This document shows positions 38,404-53,038 of a stretch of DNA of 58,281 bases, piece after piece. Position numbers and translations under genes: made by a program. The stretch lies in the NCBI GenBank assembly GCA_000934665.2, contig KZ538619.1, positions 1 to 58,281 of the forward strand, read 5' to 3'. Under the pieces are notes generated by a model. The model worked only from the letters and a program-made list of their open reading frames with translations, was not told the origin of the DNA and searched no databases. How positions within the stretch are numbered: position 1 is the first letter of the stretch; the number at the start of each line of letters is the position of its first letter. The DNA is from Catajapyx aquilonaris. Lineage: Eukaryota.

Positions 38404-41400
38404 CCGGGTGACGTCGTTGAGGCAGCAGGAGGCCTTCTCCCTCAAAACGCCATTCAACAATTCAGTCCAATCTACGGACTAAATCTGTCCACCAAACTTT
38501 CAACAGCAGTGGATACAGAGCAGCATGGAGTTCGAGTCTCAGCCACACCTATTCAACTCTTCCCAATAGTTCTAATTTTGAAGCCAATCCTTGGCACGTT
38601 TCCCTTTAAATTGCACTTCCTGTGTTTTAACCTCGCACACCAACAATAGCTTGCAACGTCAGGTGGCGAATGGTCTCACGCATATTACAAGTTTCACGTC
38701 CTGACTTTAAAAATTAAGTGTACTTCTGAACAATGCACCTGCTGGCAGAATACATCTCATGACTAGTCGCTGAACTTCCAGGTTCCACCATATCAAACCT
38801 GCAACATTTTATACTTCCCATGCATATAATTTCATCGTGTACTTCACTCCATTAGAAATCCCTTCTGGACAAACCCCATCGGGTAAGCTACCCCTTGACC
38901 TCGGCACATACTTACCGCCAGGGGAACACACTCGCTAAAATACCCCAGGACTTGGCACATCCATACCACACCCTTGAACTACATGACATTAGTCGTCTGG
39001 GTCACGTGTGTGCACAAGTGGCCGAGTTTAACACCCAAGCATACAACCCCACTTGTACTCGCGTCAAAAACCCATCGAACTTGCCATACCACACACGACT
39101 TTGACCCAGTGACCCAAGCCACAAGCTTCCGCTTTGAAACACTGTCTTACTGACAACTATAGTTACCTGTCAAGCAGGACCAGGAACAAAATTGCACACT
39201 TCGTTCTACTACTGAAGTTGTACCAGGGTGTGGCAGTAACTACGATCAAGAGGTCACAAGCAGTCCAATCTGTTATACAAGCCCCACCCTCGTTGCTGAC
39301 ATTTTTTTCCCTATCTATAGTGAAGGTTAGACCAATTGCGTCCATTTTTAGGCACGAATGCTGATGCCTAATGTGTGACTTTTTAGCAAGAAGTTTTAAT
39401 TTAGGAGTGTCAGTTATATGTCTGAGTGCAACAAGTGGTTTGATTAAAATTATGACGTTGTGGTTGGCGTGAAGTGCACAATTACTGTCAAAATATGGAG
39501 GTGGTGACCAAAAATGGCGTTTCCCTTACTTACAATTTTGTTGGGTACCATGATGCTGTAATATATTAATGTTTTACAATCAAAAGTGACACTCCAAGCA
39601 ATATTAGTAATTTTATTACAGATAAATTTGTAGTAATTCATTAAATACACAAACGGGCGGGATTACTGTTTTGTTAGTCCTGGAAATAAGCCCATTTTGA
39701 ATATTAGTCCGTGGCAGTCGGTGGTCACTGATTATTATATGACCTGATCTCAGCTATTATTATTGAAGGATGTGTCGGGCGCTCTGAATATTTTCCAAAT
39801 ATGTCAAACGGCTGTCAATAATTCAATGGTAATAATGAGGCCTTAATGGTGGAGTTAGTCTACAATCTCTACATTGTAAAGTGTGCACACAACCATGAAT
39901 GTTGTATGCACTCTAAAAGTGAAATGGGTTTTACATAATGGCCCATGATGTAATATGAAGATGAGCAAGTCTGTTGGACGTGTGGGCAGAAGAGAAGTCT
40001 AAATTATTGCAATGACAATCCGCTAGATGGTGGACCTTTTACCCTTTCGTAAGAAACATTGTGCAGCTGGAATTCCCTATTAGGCCCTACTTGATGGTGG
40101 AAATAAAAATAAAATAAAACATTCATTTTTCATGGTTATATTCTGCCACGGTATCTACACTATATGGTATTACTATCTATAGGCCTACTGAAAGGAATTT
40201 AATTTCATGTAAGCCTATACCAGGAACTTTACACGCGCTACTGACTGCGATAATATGCCATCATGTGATGATCATGCTTTATTATCAACTGTGGTTGACA
40301 ATCTGCACACACTTGAACTGCTGCTCTTGAACATGCTCAAAGTAACAAAATATGAATTTTATCTACCTCTATTCTCAACCTCCCATACTCGTACAGTGAT
40401 AAGGGATGATAACTACCGGTATACTGTAAGCATTCACCTTATACCCTATGCCATATGCCTTATGCGGTTTTAACATGACTAGTGCAGTATTTCATATCTG
40501 CATAGTTCCCTATAACTCACGTTGGTTTACCTAATTGCTCAATAAAGTTTCGCCGCAAGCTATTTGGAAGAAGGGCGCCCTGGGGCTTTTCCTGACCAAA
40601 GTTTAAAATAAACTTTTGCAATAATATTTATGCAGAATTGACTAAACCCGGACGAAAAAAACAATGCATTTCCTGTTAATTTTCTGCAGGTATTCCCAGG
40701 AAAGGATTCAGAATCACTAACGCATTCCTAGTCCTCATATGAGCATATTAATATCTCCGAGTGCGATTCCCGTCATTGTACAGTAGAATAATATTACTAT
40801 ACGAGTTTCTCTAGCTAGATCATCCAGCATCATTAGAACAGCGCATTTGCCTACTGATCCAACTCGTCCATAAAGATATTTATATCTCCATAAATATGCA
40901 GGCATTGCTATATTATTAGTGTTTTCCTTGTGTGACAGTTAGTGTTGCCGCACATAAATATGCACATATTTTTCTTGTAAATACGGAATGCATACCTAAA
41001 AATAATCAGTTTCTTGCATAAAAAGTAGGCCTACATTGCTGGCTTTAGGTCCGCAACCATGAGCAACACAATACATAATAGACTAAGCAGGTATGTTATG
41101 ATTACTTCATGACAATCTAGACTTTTTTTACTATGCGCATTTTTATGCAATGAAACAGCTGAAGTATATACGGGTACAGCTTGCATTGTTGACACCGAAT
41201 CAGTGAAAATACCAGTGTCTGAGGAATTGGGCACCAGAGGTGTCCATTTCCAAGTGCGTAGGATTCCTGCGGCCGCGTTTTACATTCTTGGCTTCTTCAT
41301 AACAGACCTATACCAACAATAACATTGGCAAAATTCCCTAATCAACTTGCCCTCATTACGTGCAGCCATGAATCTACAAATTATTCAGACTCCTTCCGGA

Positions 41401-41483
41401 ACGCCCAGCCAACGTACACCGGACGTTCATCCGTACACACTCCGTTGTTGTTATGCTACCCCCCCCCCCCCCAAAAAAAAAAT

Positions 41484-41600
41484 NNNNNNNNNNNNNNNNN
41501 NNNNNNNNNNNNNNNNNNNNNNNNNNNNNNNNNNNNNNNNNNNNNNNNNNNNNNNNNNNNNNNNNNNNNNNNNNNNNNNNNNNNNNNNNNNNNNNNNNNN
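41484..41600. other. Assembly gap (N run) flanked by poly-C and poly-G
   Basis: 117 N bases. Confidence 1.
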
Positions 41601-44461
41601 GGGGGGGGGGGGGGGGGGGGGGGAATAGGGAGGATGGGGGAGGAAGAGATAAGAAGGCTACCTTCGTCGGTTCCTCCTTCTGTTAGTTGAAGGCAAGAGG
41701 CTGGGAGGACGTAGAGTAGAGCGCCGGCGCCCTAAATTAGATCCTTGTCTTGGTCTTCCGCCAACATTCTAAACTTGGACATCCATGGGGTGGAATTATT
41801 TATAGTCACGTGCGAAGAAAAGTGCACAAGAAGGGGGTGCCCAGGATTATGGGATGAGCTGGGGAAGGACGAACAGATCGTTCCCAACACCGATCTATCT
41901 GCATTGTTCAAGCTACCGCTGATTATAATCAGCAGTAGCTTGAAATAAATAAGCAATTTCTTGCGCCCCGGTAAATATTGTTTAAATGAATTTTGTTCGC
42001 ATTTCATTATTACACGATATTACATATTCGCACTTGACAGGACAGGGGACGGTACATTATGTTTCAAGCTCCAGGTTATATATTTTCAGCAAACCTCCCA
42101 TTTTTTTAAGTGAAACCATTCCCTTACACTACAAGTAGTCCCAAAGAACTTCTACATCTTTTATACTGTATAATCAAGGCACTTTATCTAATTAAGACAT
42201 ATGTACCGCTATTAGGCACATATTCATGTGAAAGGACTTCCTAAAATGCTAGTACGAATTGGCATGTGAATGTACACTCTGCGCCCATTCTAAATCAATT
42301 TTACTTGTAATGTGACCATATTCATGTTACAGTCTTTGAATACGATATGCAAGTCAGGACAAAGCCATGGGGGCATCGTTCTCCTGTGATAAACGAGGTA
42401 GGCAGTGGACATGTCCTTTTTTTCTTTTTTTTCTTTTTTTGAAAGTGAGTGGGGTGAGGGATGTTGCTGGGCTCCCGTTTATTTCTACAGAGGTAGAAGA
42501 TGGACGCCTCTAAGAACGTCTCCAGGTACTTGCTGTACCCTTCATATCCTATAGCAAAGGCCACGAGGCAAACACTCTCAGGTCCTTTCTCTCACCGCAC
42601 TTTGCATACCAAGTGAAAGTGAAGAGAGCAGTAAGTACCGCAGTAAACGGAATACCTGTATATGTAACATGATTTATTTATCTCTGCTTGGAAGCTTGGG
42701 GAGTAGCCAGAAAAGCCGGGAGGATATAGAGTAATCAGTAACAGACGTGATATGAGAAAAATGTGTTTGTCATACAGAAAAATACTGCCCAACTGCTGAT
42801 AAGTTCCATAATAAAAGATACTGAGGTGATAAAATAACATGCTGATAATTTTAAAGAATGAACCACAATACGTTGCATCACATAGCAAGAGTCACTTGCA
42901 TAAGTATAACAGGCTGCAGAAACTGATCCAAGAGTTAGAGCGACGCACTTGTCATTCTTACTTCATCTGTCAACGTAAAGTTGTTTTTAGACGCTCGACC
43001 CAATTAACATACCACGAGTTCTGTCCCCCTCTGTCTTAACCGCAGCCATAATGTAAACAAGTTGCAGAGCCAGGCTATACTTGCTCGTTAACAAGTACCA
43101 CGTGTTAATTAGCAACTCTTCTACTACCTATTCGATTTAATACGTCAAACTTATTACAAACCCTGTATACTTTTTGAACCACATTACAACCAGGTCTGCA
43201 ACCATCCCTGAACTCCCAGTTCCAAAAACATCATCTGCAAGATAATAGCTCAGTCCTGTCAAGACATACCGCTTACACACACATACACACACACACACAA
43301 AAAAAACAGCTAGTATCCATTACACGGTGGGGCTTTTGGTCTTTTGAATGGTCTTGCTTGCTCGGCTAATGTCCGCAAATAGCTTGAGGAAGGGCCTCTG
43401 GCACACGTAGCCGGCCCACGGAAACCGAGTTCAGCAACCACCACTGGTCTTTGCCTGTCATCTTAGGCAAGGTCAGTGGCATCTCCTGACACTCCTTTAC
43501 GCCCTAGCCAAAAAAAAAACGCCGTCTGCCCTTGTGATAATCAAATTAGAATTATACTGGGGTCGACTGCCGTACCCATATGCACCCAACAAGCTAGCTC
43601 TCAACTGTTGGCAGAGTACACTTCGCACCAACTCGTAAACTAGGCGTTTTGTCCTTTTGTTTCATGCGACACTTGAGTGACGCCGCAAACGAGGTGCTGT
43701 TTAGCTTTACGAAGCCGGCAGCGGATCAGCGCTAGGAATACTTGCATGGTTGCGGTTAGTTAGCTAGGCGGTAGGTTGAAGATAGGTCACCTTGCAAGGG
43801 ATTATACCTAGAGGTTATGTAGGATCGTCAAAATTAGGCAAAAGGGGTTAGAAACGGTGTTTGGTGGGGGGGGGGGGGNGGTGGAATGTGCACTATGCGG
43901 ATGCTTGTCATGGGCTGTGAGCCGGAACCTGCACAACGACCTGGTGGATGGACTTTGTAGCTGATTTATGGACTGTACTTGTGGAAAACTTGTGTCAAAC
44001 TTTTGCCAAGAACGTTGCCCTGGTAGAGTTCCATGTCAGGTCCACTAGCATTCCACACACATGGTGGTAGTAATGGAGGATGTTACTTTTGAGTGGTGTC
44101 GACAATACTACTGACCTAAGCATTACAAGTGTTCTGACAGGAAATCATTTCAATGTGATATCCTTCTGAATTTTAAGTATTCATATATTTTGAAGAAACA
44201 CATTCATCCCACTGCACTGTGCTCCTGTAGGAAAAGAGTTGAATATTAATATCCCCTAGTTCTTAGTATATGCATAGTCATGAATGTTTTTTGCCCCATT
44301 GGTTCGTAAATGGGGATGCTTTTTTGAATTTTTGGTTAGAAGAGAAAACGATGGGCTGTTCTTTACTTTTTTCTCGCAATAGGAGCGTTCAGAGTGCTAT
44401 TTTTCTCTCTTGTAATGCTTTTGTGGCAAGGTTATGAATTTTCATAGTTCCTTGTGATGTA

Positions 44462-44599
44462 CTATGGGGCTCAAATTGTTTTGGCCACTTTATCCTGGTC
44501 TTGAAGCAATCCTTCGCACAGGCCCCACAGTGAGCAGGTGTGTGTGAAGGGTTGCTTCAGGACCAGGATAAAGTGGCCAACACAATTTGAGCCCCACAG
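44462..44599. mobile_element. 138-bp TA-flanked palindromic MITE
   Basis: TA-ctatggggctcaaattg..ggccactttatcctggtc / gaccaggataaagtggcc..caatttgagccccacag-TA. Confidence 0.75.
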
Positions 44600-47500
44600 T
44601 ACACCTCGAGGTCTGATAAGGTGAATGGTATATTTTAATGCGAGAATAGCGAACGTCTCCGATTGGGGTGTGGGGGGTGTGTGGGGGGGGGGGTATTGTA
44701 AGAAACTTTGAAATAACCATCACAATACTGTCGGATTTTATAAGCAATAGCATAATTATATGGGTTTGCAGCATCAAGATCGGTGGTGCTTACTATTGTC
44801 AATACAACTCGTCCATGAAAAACGTTGTTCTTGTTTGGTCTCAAAGTTATGGTTATAGCCTACATGCCACAGACTTTTGAAATGAATTTACTCTCATAAT
44901 AATTATTACACTCTAGACGGCGTCGCTGTGCCCTGCCAACAACAATATGAGCGCGTTGATTCAGTTCTGAAAACTCGGTCAGGGAAATGCATAAAAAAGG
45001 TTTTGAGAAATTCAGCTGCTGGCTATTTTCTAGAATATTATTCTCGCCCCCATTCTGCACTTCAAACTAATTGTTTTGCCATAATCTGTCAGACTCTATA
45101 CACTAACTCTTACTAAGTGGCGATACCTTCATTTATAAAAATATGGATTGACTGTATATTCTTGCATAGGACTTGCATATCAACGGAACTAAAGAAGCAT
45201 GTTACCAATTGAGGGGTGTCGTGGTGGAAAAAAACATGATAACCCACAAGAGTATAATTTTTCTGGAGAGCGAAATGAAGTTTGCACTCTTCACAAATCA
45301 TATATAGGGAATGCAGGTTTTGATCTAGTCCGTGTTGCTCTCTTATGCATGATACGTGAACTTTCAGTACACCAAACTGTTTGTCATTTCTCTTACATAG
45401 TTTCTAGGTGTTTAGGTCAAAAATGACAAAAATGAGGGTTATCATGTGTTTTCACCATACCCCTCAATTCAAACTGTAATGTGATGACTGAATTGTTTTG
45501 TCCCCTATACCATATAGTGTTAGTCTACGTAGTGTACTACACATAGAAAAACATAAAGTGGTCATTATGGTTTACCAGTAGCTACCTCATTGACCGCTAA
45601 AATAGCAGTGGCAAGAAAAACTAGACCGGATGCTTGCGCTAGTAAACAGCCAGTTTCTCACAAAAGTACGGTAGGCTACATATGAGGCTATACCATTTAA
45701 TGCGGTACAAGTTGTAATTTAATTATTTGCTAAAAGTGTATAGAATCACCAAGCTAGTTTTATGCATTTCCGTGCAGTATAAAATTAGCGATTCTACAAG
45801 CACAGGGAATTTTGCCAGCGTGTTCCATGGTAAAGCTGTCAAAATAGCTAAACACTCGGTCATGTCGCCAGCAATGTTGGTAACACGAATTGGCATAATT
45901 ATCCTCTATCATAATTGACAAACAATTGCAAATATCACTACTGATTGCTTTTCATCTATTCGTGTTTATTATGTAGCCAATGCTGTTTACATGAAATCTA
46001 CAATGGCTATAACTATACAAAACCCGGCAAGTACGATACGTTCCTGTACATGAGTCGCAGTTTGTTTTTATCAGCAGTTACTACTCTTCAGCAGCCTACT
46101 CCAACCAATGAGCCATCATTTATTTTTGAAATAGTGTACACTAACACTAATGGTAACGATATTCGTAGAAACAAACCAGTTCCCCTCTTGTTGTTAGTGC
46201 ATCGTGCGTACTTTGCAAGCAGGGTATCAGCTCTGATCTTGCACTGCAAGCAACTAGCAAGCTGTAGCAGTACATTTTCCATCTGACCATTGACGCTAAC
46301 CATTCTCTGGTAGCTAAACATTATGTGCAAAGTATATGTATCATGTGTGAAGAGTTGCTTCAAAGAGAGCAACCAAGTGGACATACCTCCTTGATATAAA
46401 TGATGGTGCTTCCTTTGGACGACATGTTGGTAGTGTCGGTGTAGTTGTGCTTGTTGTGTCGGTGATCGAATGAGGGTAGTTAGTGTAAGCAGCAGAGCTA
46501 CACTATGGCATGCACATCTCGGTCTGGCCACTGCTTTTGACTGCAACAGCAGCAAGGGGGGACCCCCACCAATCCACAAGCGGGGCCCGCTCTCTTTTAC
46601 GAGCTTTCCGAACCTACTGAAGCTATACTTCTTGCTTCCGAAGGCCTCTGGAAGTCAACTAGACTAATGTTCAGTGGGAGGGTTGTTCTTGGGGATCCGG
46701 GGGAAGGAGGTGGAGCCTTATCTGCTTGAAACTCGTTCAAAAAAATAAATCACCAACACCAGCTAAAAATGAGCGTTTCCGATGGTTTTCTCGTGTCAAC
46801 TTGCCTTGTCCGATTCTCTCTTTGGGTCACTCATCCTGCACATCCTACAGTACACTGCGCGTCTTCTGTAGTGATATATTCTGTTGACAGCCAATCGCAC
46901 GCGCTGCATCTTCCACCTGACTCCATGCCATTGGCGGGCGCGCAGGCTATGAATACCTTGATTCCAACGGGAGGATCTAATTTTGAGCAGGACAAAATGC
47001 ATGTGCCACCAAAATTCGTCTATGGTCTCAGCACCCGGCCGTAGTTGCCAGTTAAAAATAAGTCGAAATGGCCTTTACAAATTGCATATTAAATTCTAAA
47101 TTTTGCTGGGCTTGATTGGTATATTGATGACATAATGTGAGAGGGGGGGTTTGCCAGCTGAAATCTAGGTGTATGTTGGATAACACCGAAATGGTTGAAG
47201 GAAATGACACGAAGTAAGCAAGCCAGCATATAGGAAGGTGATGAATGCGAATTGGTCGCAAGTTGGCGCCAGTCGCCATCTAGTTGGCGGCAAATATCTC
47301 AAAACATCTGCTTAGTAATTCCCTTCACATCTTAGCCTTGGCACAACCTCCTAGTCGCAAGCCCACTTATCACTATTGTCCAAATTGTCACGTGCTGTAT
47401 TAGTTAGGATGGGGACATTGGCCACCCACACCTCCTCTAAACCCTTCAAAATGTCCATTGAGCACAAATTTAGGACCAGCTCAGTTGCCCAAATTGCATG

Positions 47501-48737
47501 CAAATTCCCACACGTCATCATGCGGTGCATCCTGTACCGGGTGATCCAGCAAGTTCCTCCTGGCCTTTTTGTTTGACATGGCCGGTGGAAATGAATGTGG
47601 GGGTAATGGGAGGAAAGCCAGTATGGCTCAGAGCCGTAGAAACAATTGTGGTCTGTGTTATGAGACCGACGTTAGCAGCCGCGTAAGTTGCGGTGCTAGC
47701 AGCTATATAGACCTAAGAAGCAATATAGTCCCGCATTGCATTAGCGAGACAAAGAACGCTTTTATTTGCTCGGTATGTGCGATGTGTATGGGAGAGCTCC
47801 CAAAGTGATTCATCCTAACCAAGCCAAACTGTTAGCCTTCCAAATTCTTACATAATACCTGATAAATTTGTTTCCGGTCCTCCTAAAAAGCTCTATCTAA
47901 AAAGCCTTACGTTTTAAAAGTCGGTAGTAAAAGAAAAGAGCCTGTTGGCCATCCTGTTTCGTCACCGTCGTTCCATATAGGTGAAACGCCAATTTCACTT
48001 TCCTTTTCTGGCATCCTCCATTTGTGGCTTCCGGCCTATTTTTAAACCCTTTATTTCACTTCACAGGATACGAAGCAAGTATATTGCAGGTGAAAGGCCT
48101 CCATTTTTGACTCGTTTCCTAGAAAAATCGAGTCTCATAAATTAGGACGTATTGCACAGTTAAAGGCAAGGCCAGCATTTCTTAAAAACTTGGCCGGAAC
48201 TTACCACTATTTGTTGCTTTATGCCTGACCCTAACACTGATCAAGAGCGACTTATGGACGGAAGAAATGCGCTGTTCGTGGTACAGAAAAAGCACCTGAT
48301 GGGTGTGGTTTCGGAAGCTGTTTTCCATAACTCTGCCCATACGCGCCCTTGAAGACAGCAAGTTATGGCCCGCATGCGCTGGGACAACACTACCCAAAAT
48401 TATTGCTGAGTTTGCTTGCAAAAACAGTGGACCTGACAATTAGCCATGTCCACGTTAGTGGTGTATCTGAGAAAAATGACACAATGGAATTTTTGGGGTG
48501 TATGGACAAAAAGAATATCAGAAAAGCTATAATTATTGGAATGCATGTTTCTTAATAACTATTAATTTTAATTGACATCCTTCACACCTTTCACACAGAG
48601 CAAAGGTAGATATTTCTCTTCGGTTGTCCTTCTTGGAGAGATTCACATTTTCATTATTATCATAGTTTCACAGCCGATAAAATGCCATTGGTCAGATTCT
48701 CCATTCTTATTCTTTCATAATATTAAGCTTAACCTCA

Positions 48738-49309
48738 CAAGGGAAGGTCACAGGGTGATAATGACGGATCTTGATGAAATTTAACATGCTAATACAGGAC
48801 AATATATTATACCCAAAAATGAAATATTTCATGCGGAGGCCCATATTTGCAAAAGTTATGACGTCTTAAATTTCAAAAAAAAACTATTTTCATTGAGTTC
48901 ATAATGGGATTACATTAGCGACCACATATAAGACCACATTGACGTGTGTAATCAGTTTCTACACTTTGTCTCATCGGAAAAAAGTCCTACATAACGGCTC
49001 TGTATCTCTTAGGCTACGGTTTAGGCCTTGATACGTGTCCATAGACGGACGGACGGACAGAGCCGTTCTGTAGGACTTTTTTCCGATGAGAAAAAGTGTA
49101 GAAACTGATTACACACTTCAATGTCATTATATGTGCTCGCTAATGTAATCCCCATTATGAATGAAAATGTATTATTTTTGGAACTTTAAGACGTCATAAC
49201 ATATGGGCCTCCGCACGAAATATTTCATTTTTGGATATCATATATTGTCCTGTATTAACACGTTAAATTTCATCAAGATCCGTCATTATCACCCCGTGAC
49301 CTTCCCTTT
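48738..49309. mobile_element. Foldback MITE with CAAGGGAAG termini and TCA TSD
   Basis: c-TCA-caagggaaggtcac ... gtgaccttcccttt-TCA-g; arms about 250 bp; central (GGAC)n. Confidence 0.85.
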
Positions 49310-52300
49310 TCAGAATACTTGTTCGACATTGGGTGTACGAGTACGTATTTGAGTGTCATCCAAAGCCGTGGTACTGTTCCGAACTCGAGAGGCAAAGGGC
49401 CGGAAGGCTGTCTAAACAACCTTCATTGTGTAGTATTTTTATCTCCCCCCTCTCCAAAAAACATAAGTAAAAATAAAAATAAAAAAGTGGCGGGGTAAAG
49501 AAAAGCTGAGTATGTGAACATAAGCTGAGCCCTCTACACACCATGTTAAAAAAAAAACCAAACTAGAGGACTTCCCATTTGTGGTCAAACCTTGTATCCT
49601 TACTGTGGGTGCAATAATTGCGACACGACCTGAACGGACACGGCCCATTACAGGCTCGGTTAAACCCATTTACGACAGGCAATGGAAGCGTTTATGGAGT
49701 AGTTTCTCAACACATCACTGGTCGAAATTATTTTTGGCAACCTGAATCGACACGGATGCGCATGTAAAAGCGGCAAGTAGGGCAATTTTGACACTTGAGC
49801 TCGTAGCTGACTGATCGTTCTGTTCTCCTCAACCTTCCCACACACTTGAGATGCTTTTACACATCAGGGACATTGCCTAAAAATGTGCAGTGTATTCTGC
49901 AATCCAAGCATTTCCTCCCAGTCGAAACTTGTTTGGCCATTGTCATCTCAGTTGAAGTTATGCCGAGTACTGGTCGTCGGCAGAGACGTCGTCAATTATA
50001 TTTTTAGTTCCGTTGAGCAATACCTCTTGCAAGTGGGACGACCGACCGAGGAAGCCTTGCCCTTGGGCTCAAAGGCATCGTCTTATCCTTCGATGAACAT
50101 GCTCTGAGTTGAACTTGGTTTTACGTGTGAAAAAATGTTACCTTGAAATGACCTCCGTATGTTTTGACAAGTGAGGAGGTATTTGGTATATTTTCAAAAA
50201 CCAAATTAATGCTACAGAAAAAAATTGGAATTTTTTCCAGGAGCGGTTCTTATTGGTGCAATAACAAAACCTAGAATGCAGGGACACTCTGTTTATGTAG
50301 ATCAAGGTCGGAATTTTTGGTACTGAAGGTGCCAATTTTTTTTGTGTGATTCTCTACCAATTAATTGGCCAGAATGGGAGCATTGCCCGGGGTGCTACCC
50401 TGGACGGATGTGAGCATAGGGCCAGTGAACTGCCAATGAAAAGGGTCGCTTTGGATCCAAGGTGAGTGGCTGGCAAGCATCTCTTGCGTACCCACCATCA
50501 CCATCCACCCAACATCGTTTGTTTGCATAGAGCGTTATTCACGGGGCGCCACATAGCTTACACACCATTCCTCTTTCCTGTCCTCCATCCTCTTTCTTCC
50601 CTGGCCAACTGACCTTATCCGGCTAAATCAATCTATAAGCCTGCATTTCAGAAGAGCTGCCTGACTACGCCTTGAAAATAACGCAAACGGACAACAGCTG
50701 CTTCTTAGTAAACAATTCACTCTGCCAAAATGTGTGGCAAGGTTGAAAGTAAAATATCTGCTTACTGCGCCCTAATAGTTACCTGCTTATTAGGATTCGT
50801 TGCGACTTTCACTAGCATGTCACGTGAAAGCGTACTGTACATGACAGTCATTTATCGGATATTTTGTCTGAAATCACGATATTGTCAGATTCCTTGAGAC
50901 AGCTGCACATATAGGAAGCTGTCCTTGAAGCTCATCCTGTTTGTTAGCTAACCAAGGAGCCTTGCTTGTTCACAGTAAGGCCCGCTTCTCAGGGGTAGCA
51001 ATAATGTAAAAAAAAATATTCTGGTGTTACCATTTTTTTTTACAAAAATTAGCATCGACTTACTTAGCATGTAGAAATATTTTCAAGTAGGGGTCAGTAG
51101 GTCTGAAGGAATAAACAGGTATGTGTTACGACATATTGGCTTAGGTGCCCAATCCTCTAGCTTCTACGTATTCGACCAGACCTGGAAATAATTTGGCACT
51201 TTGATCGGAGTGCAAAAAAGCTACTCAAAAATAACAACTTTGGACGATGTTGCGATAACTAAAAGGATCTGAATACTTGGAAGACACTGGGTGTAGCTAT
51301 TGAAAACCTGCGGCTAAGTGTAGAGTATAGCAACAATATCCTAAGGTGGATTAATTTAGTTAGTAATCAGTTGGGGGAAGGCAACTGAGGCTATGAAGCA
51401 TGAGAACAGAAAGTCGGGAAAGGAAAACTGAAGTTTAAAAATAGTCGTGTGAAAAAAATATTGTGCACCAATTGACTGGCAGTACAGACACTTGCAGTGC
51501 AATTTCCTTGTCATAGTCTGTTTATTGTTTCCTTGTCGAGAATTTGTTTTGAGCCTTCTTATTGCTTTTTAACATTAATTCTGGTCAACTGTGTGTGTGA
51601 GAGCATGGCATTGCCTGAAAATATCTGAGTATTACTTGGAGTATAGCCTGCAAGATTTTTGTTGCCTTGCAAGAGACGTGAGTGGGGGAAAGAGAACGAT
51701 GGTTGAGGGCCGGATGTGGTTATGTTTCAGAATTATATTCTCGTAAACAAAACATCTTTGCATCGGGAAATTGTTTTTGATGAAAGGTAAACTGAGTAAT
51801 CTGCATGTGGATATTTTTCAGATGCCTCCCAGGGGTCGTACTTATTGATTGATCAATGGTCATGCTCATGATCTCCCGATTTCTGTGCATTTTTTGTTAA
51901 TGAAATTTTAAATGTATGATTGTGACACGATCATTATACATATGTTGCAAATAAAATGATATCTTGTTCGTATTCTTAGCATACAATAGTCCCGGAGATA
52001 TCAGCTCATTTGTCGTAACATGTATTTTATTTTACTTTCTATATTCTTGTCTATTGTCCCCTTATGCTTGAAAATGTACTAAAATACGGTATACTACTTG
52101 ACTCCGTCTAAATACGCGTGCCAATTTATGTAAAATTTGGAGTTGGTGTAATTACATCACCTAGTCGGAATTTCCGGAGAAGTAGGTCTAATGTGGGGAA
52201 TAATTCAAGGAACTGCAGCACAGACGATGTCGTATTTTAACAATTCTACATATGATTCAATCAGTAAAGGCATGGGTTGGAAAGGAAGATACATCAAGTA

Positions 52301-52976
52301 CGTATATTATTATTATGGACTTGTACTATACCTTGGACGTGCAATGTTAACGATATCGATGATCAAGTAGTGTACTGTACAAGTATTGTAATTGGCATTT
52401 TAGTAAGTTGACTAAGTCCAAAATGCAGTATAAGTTATATGTTGTATTACAGTATTTAGTGTACAATAAAAACACGTATCAGTTTTGATTAAAGTCTCCG
52501 AAATATCTGTAAACGTTGATTTACTAATAATTCACATATCTCTGGATTTTAAAAACCTTCTATACAATTTTAATTAATGGCATCCAACATTTGCGCATTT
52601 GTCAACGAATAGTGATGATGGAGGAACCAGCAACAAGGCCGACAACCACATACCTCCCCCTTCCCGAAGTGAAGTCCTCAATGTTTGACCTAAACATGAC
52701 GAAAATATATTGGTTGGCTAATGTTTGCAATCGTATTGTGCTTGCCAATGGCCTGTTGCCATAATGCAATATAATTGGTTTTCACAAAGCATTACATCAG
52801 TTTTTCCTTCATTCACTGTTTATGCTTTGAAACATTTAGAAGGATTATGGAGAGGGCGGTATTACCTACATCAAGCTTTTTTCTGGACTTACACATGGTA
52901 TTCCAATCCCCATAAGTGAATTTACTTCAGTTACTGCTGCATAATATAAACCTCTATTATTTTATGTTAGCTATAA

Positions 52977-52978
<2 letters not shown>

Positions 52979-53036
<58 letters not shown>
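52979..53036. repeat. (CT)n microsatellite
   Basis: Uninterrupted dinucleotide run. Confidence 0.95.

Positions 53037-53038
<2 letters not shown>

Noticed and set aside
41325..41690. ORFs spanning poly-C/N/poly-G
   Set aside because: Artefact of the assembly gap.
46088..46579. 163-aa minus-strand ORF and the 161-aa ORF at 29170-29655
   Set aside because: Non-ATG starts, no recognisable domain, no exon-like boundaries.
49660..50110. Stop-interrupted coding-like stretch
   Set aside because: No identifiable family; cannot be supported without a search.
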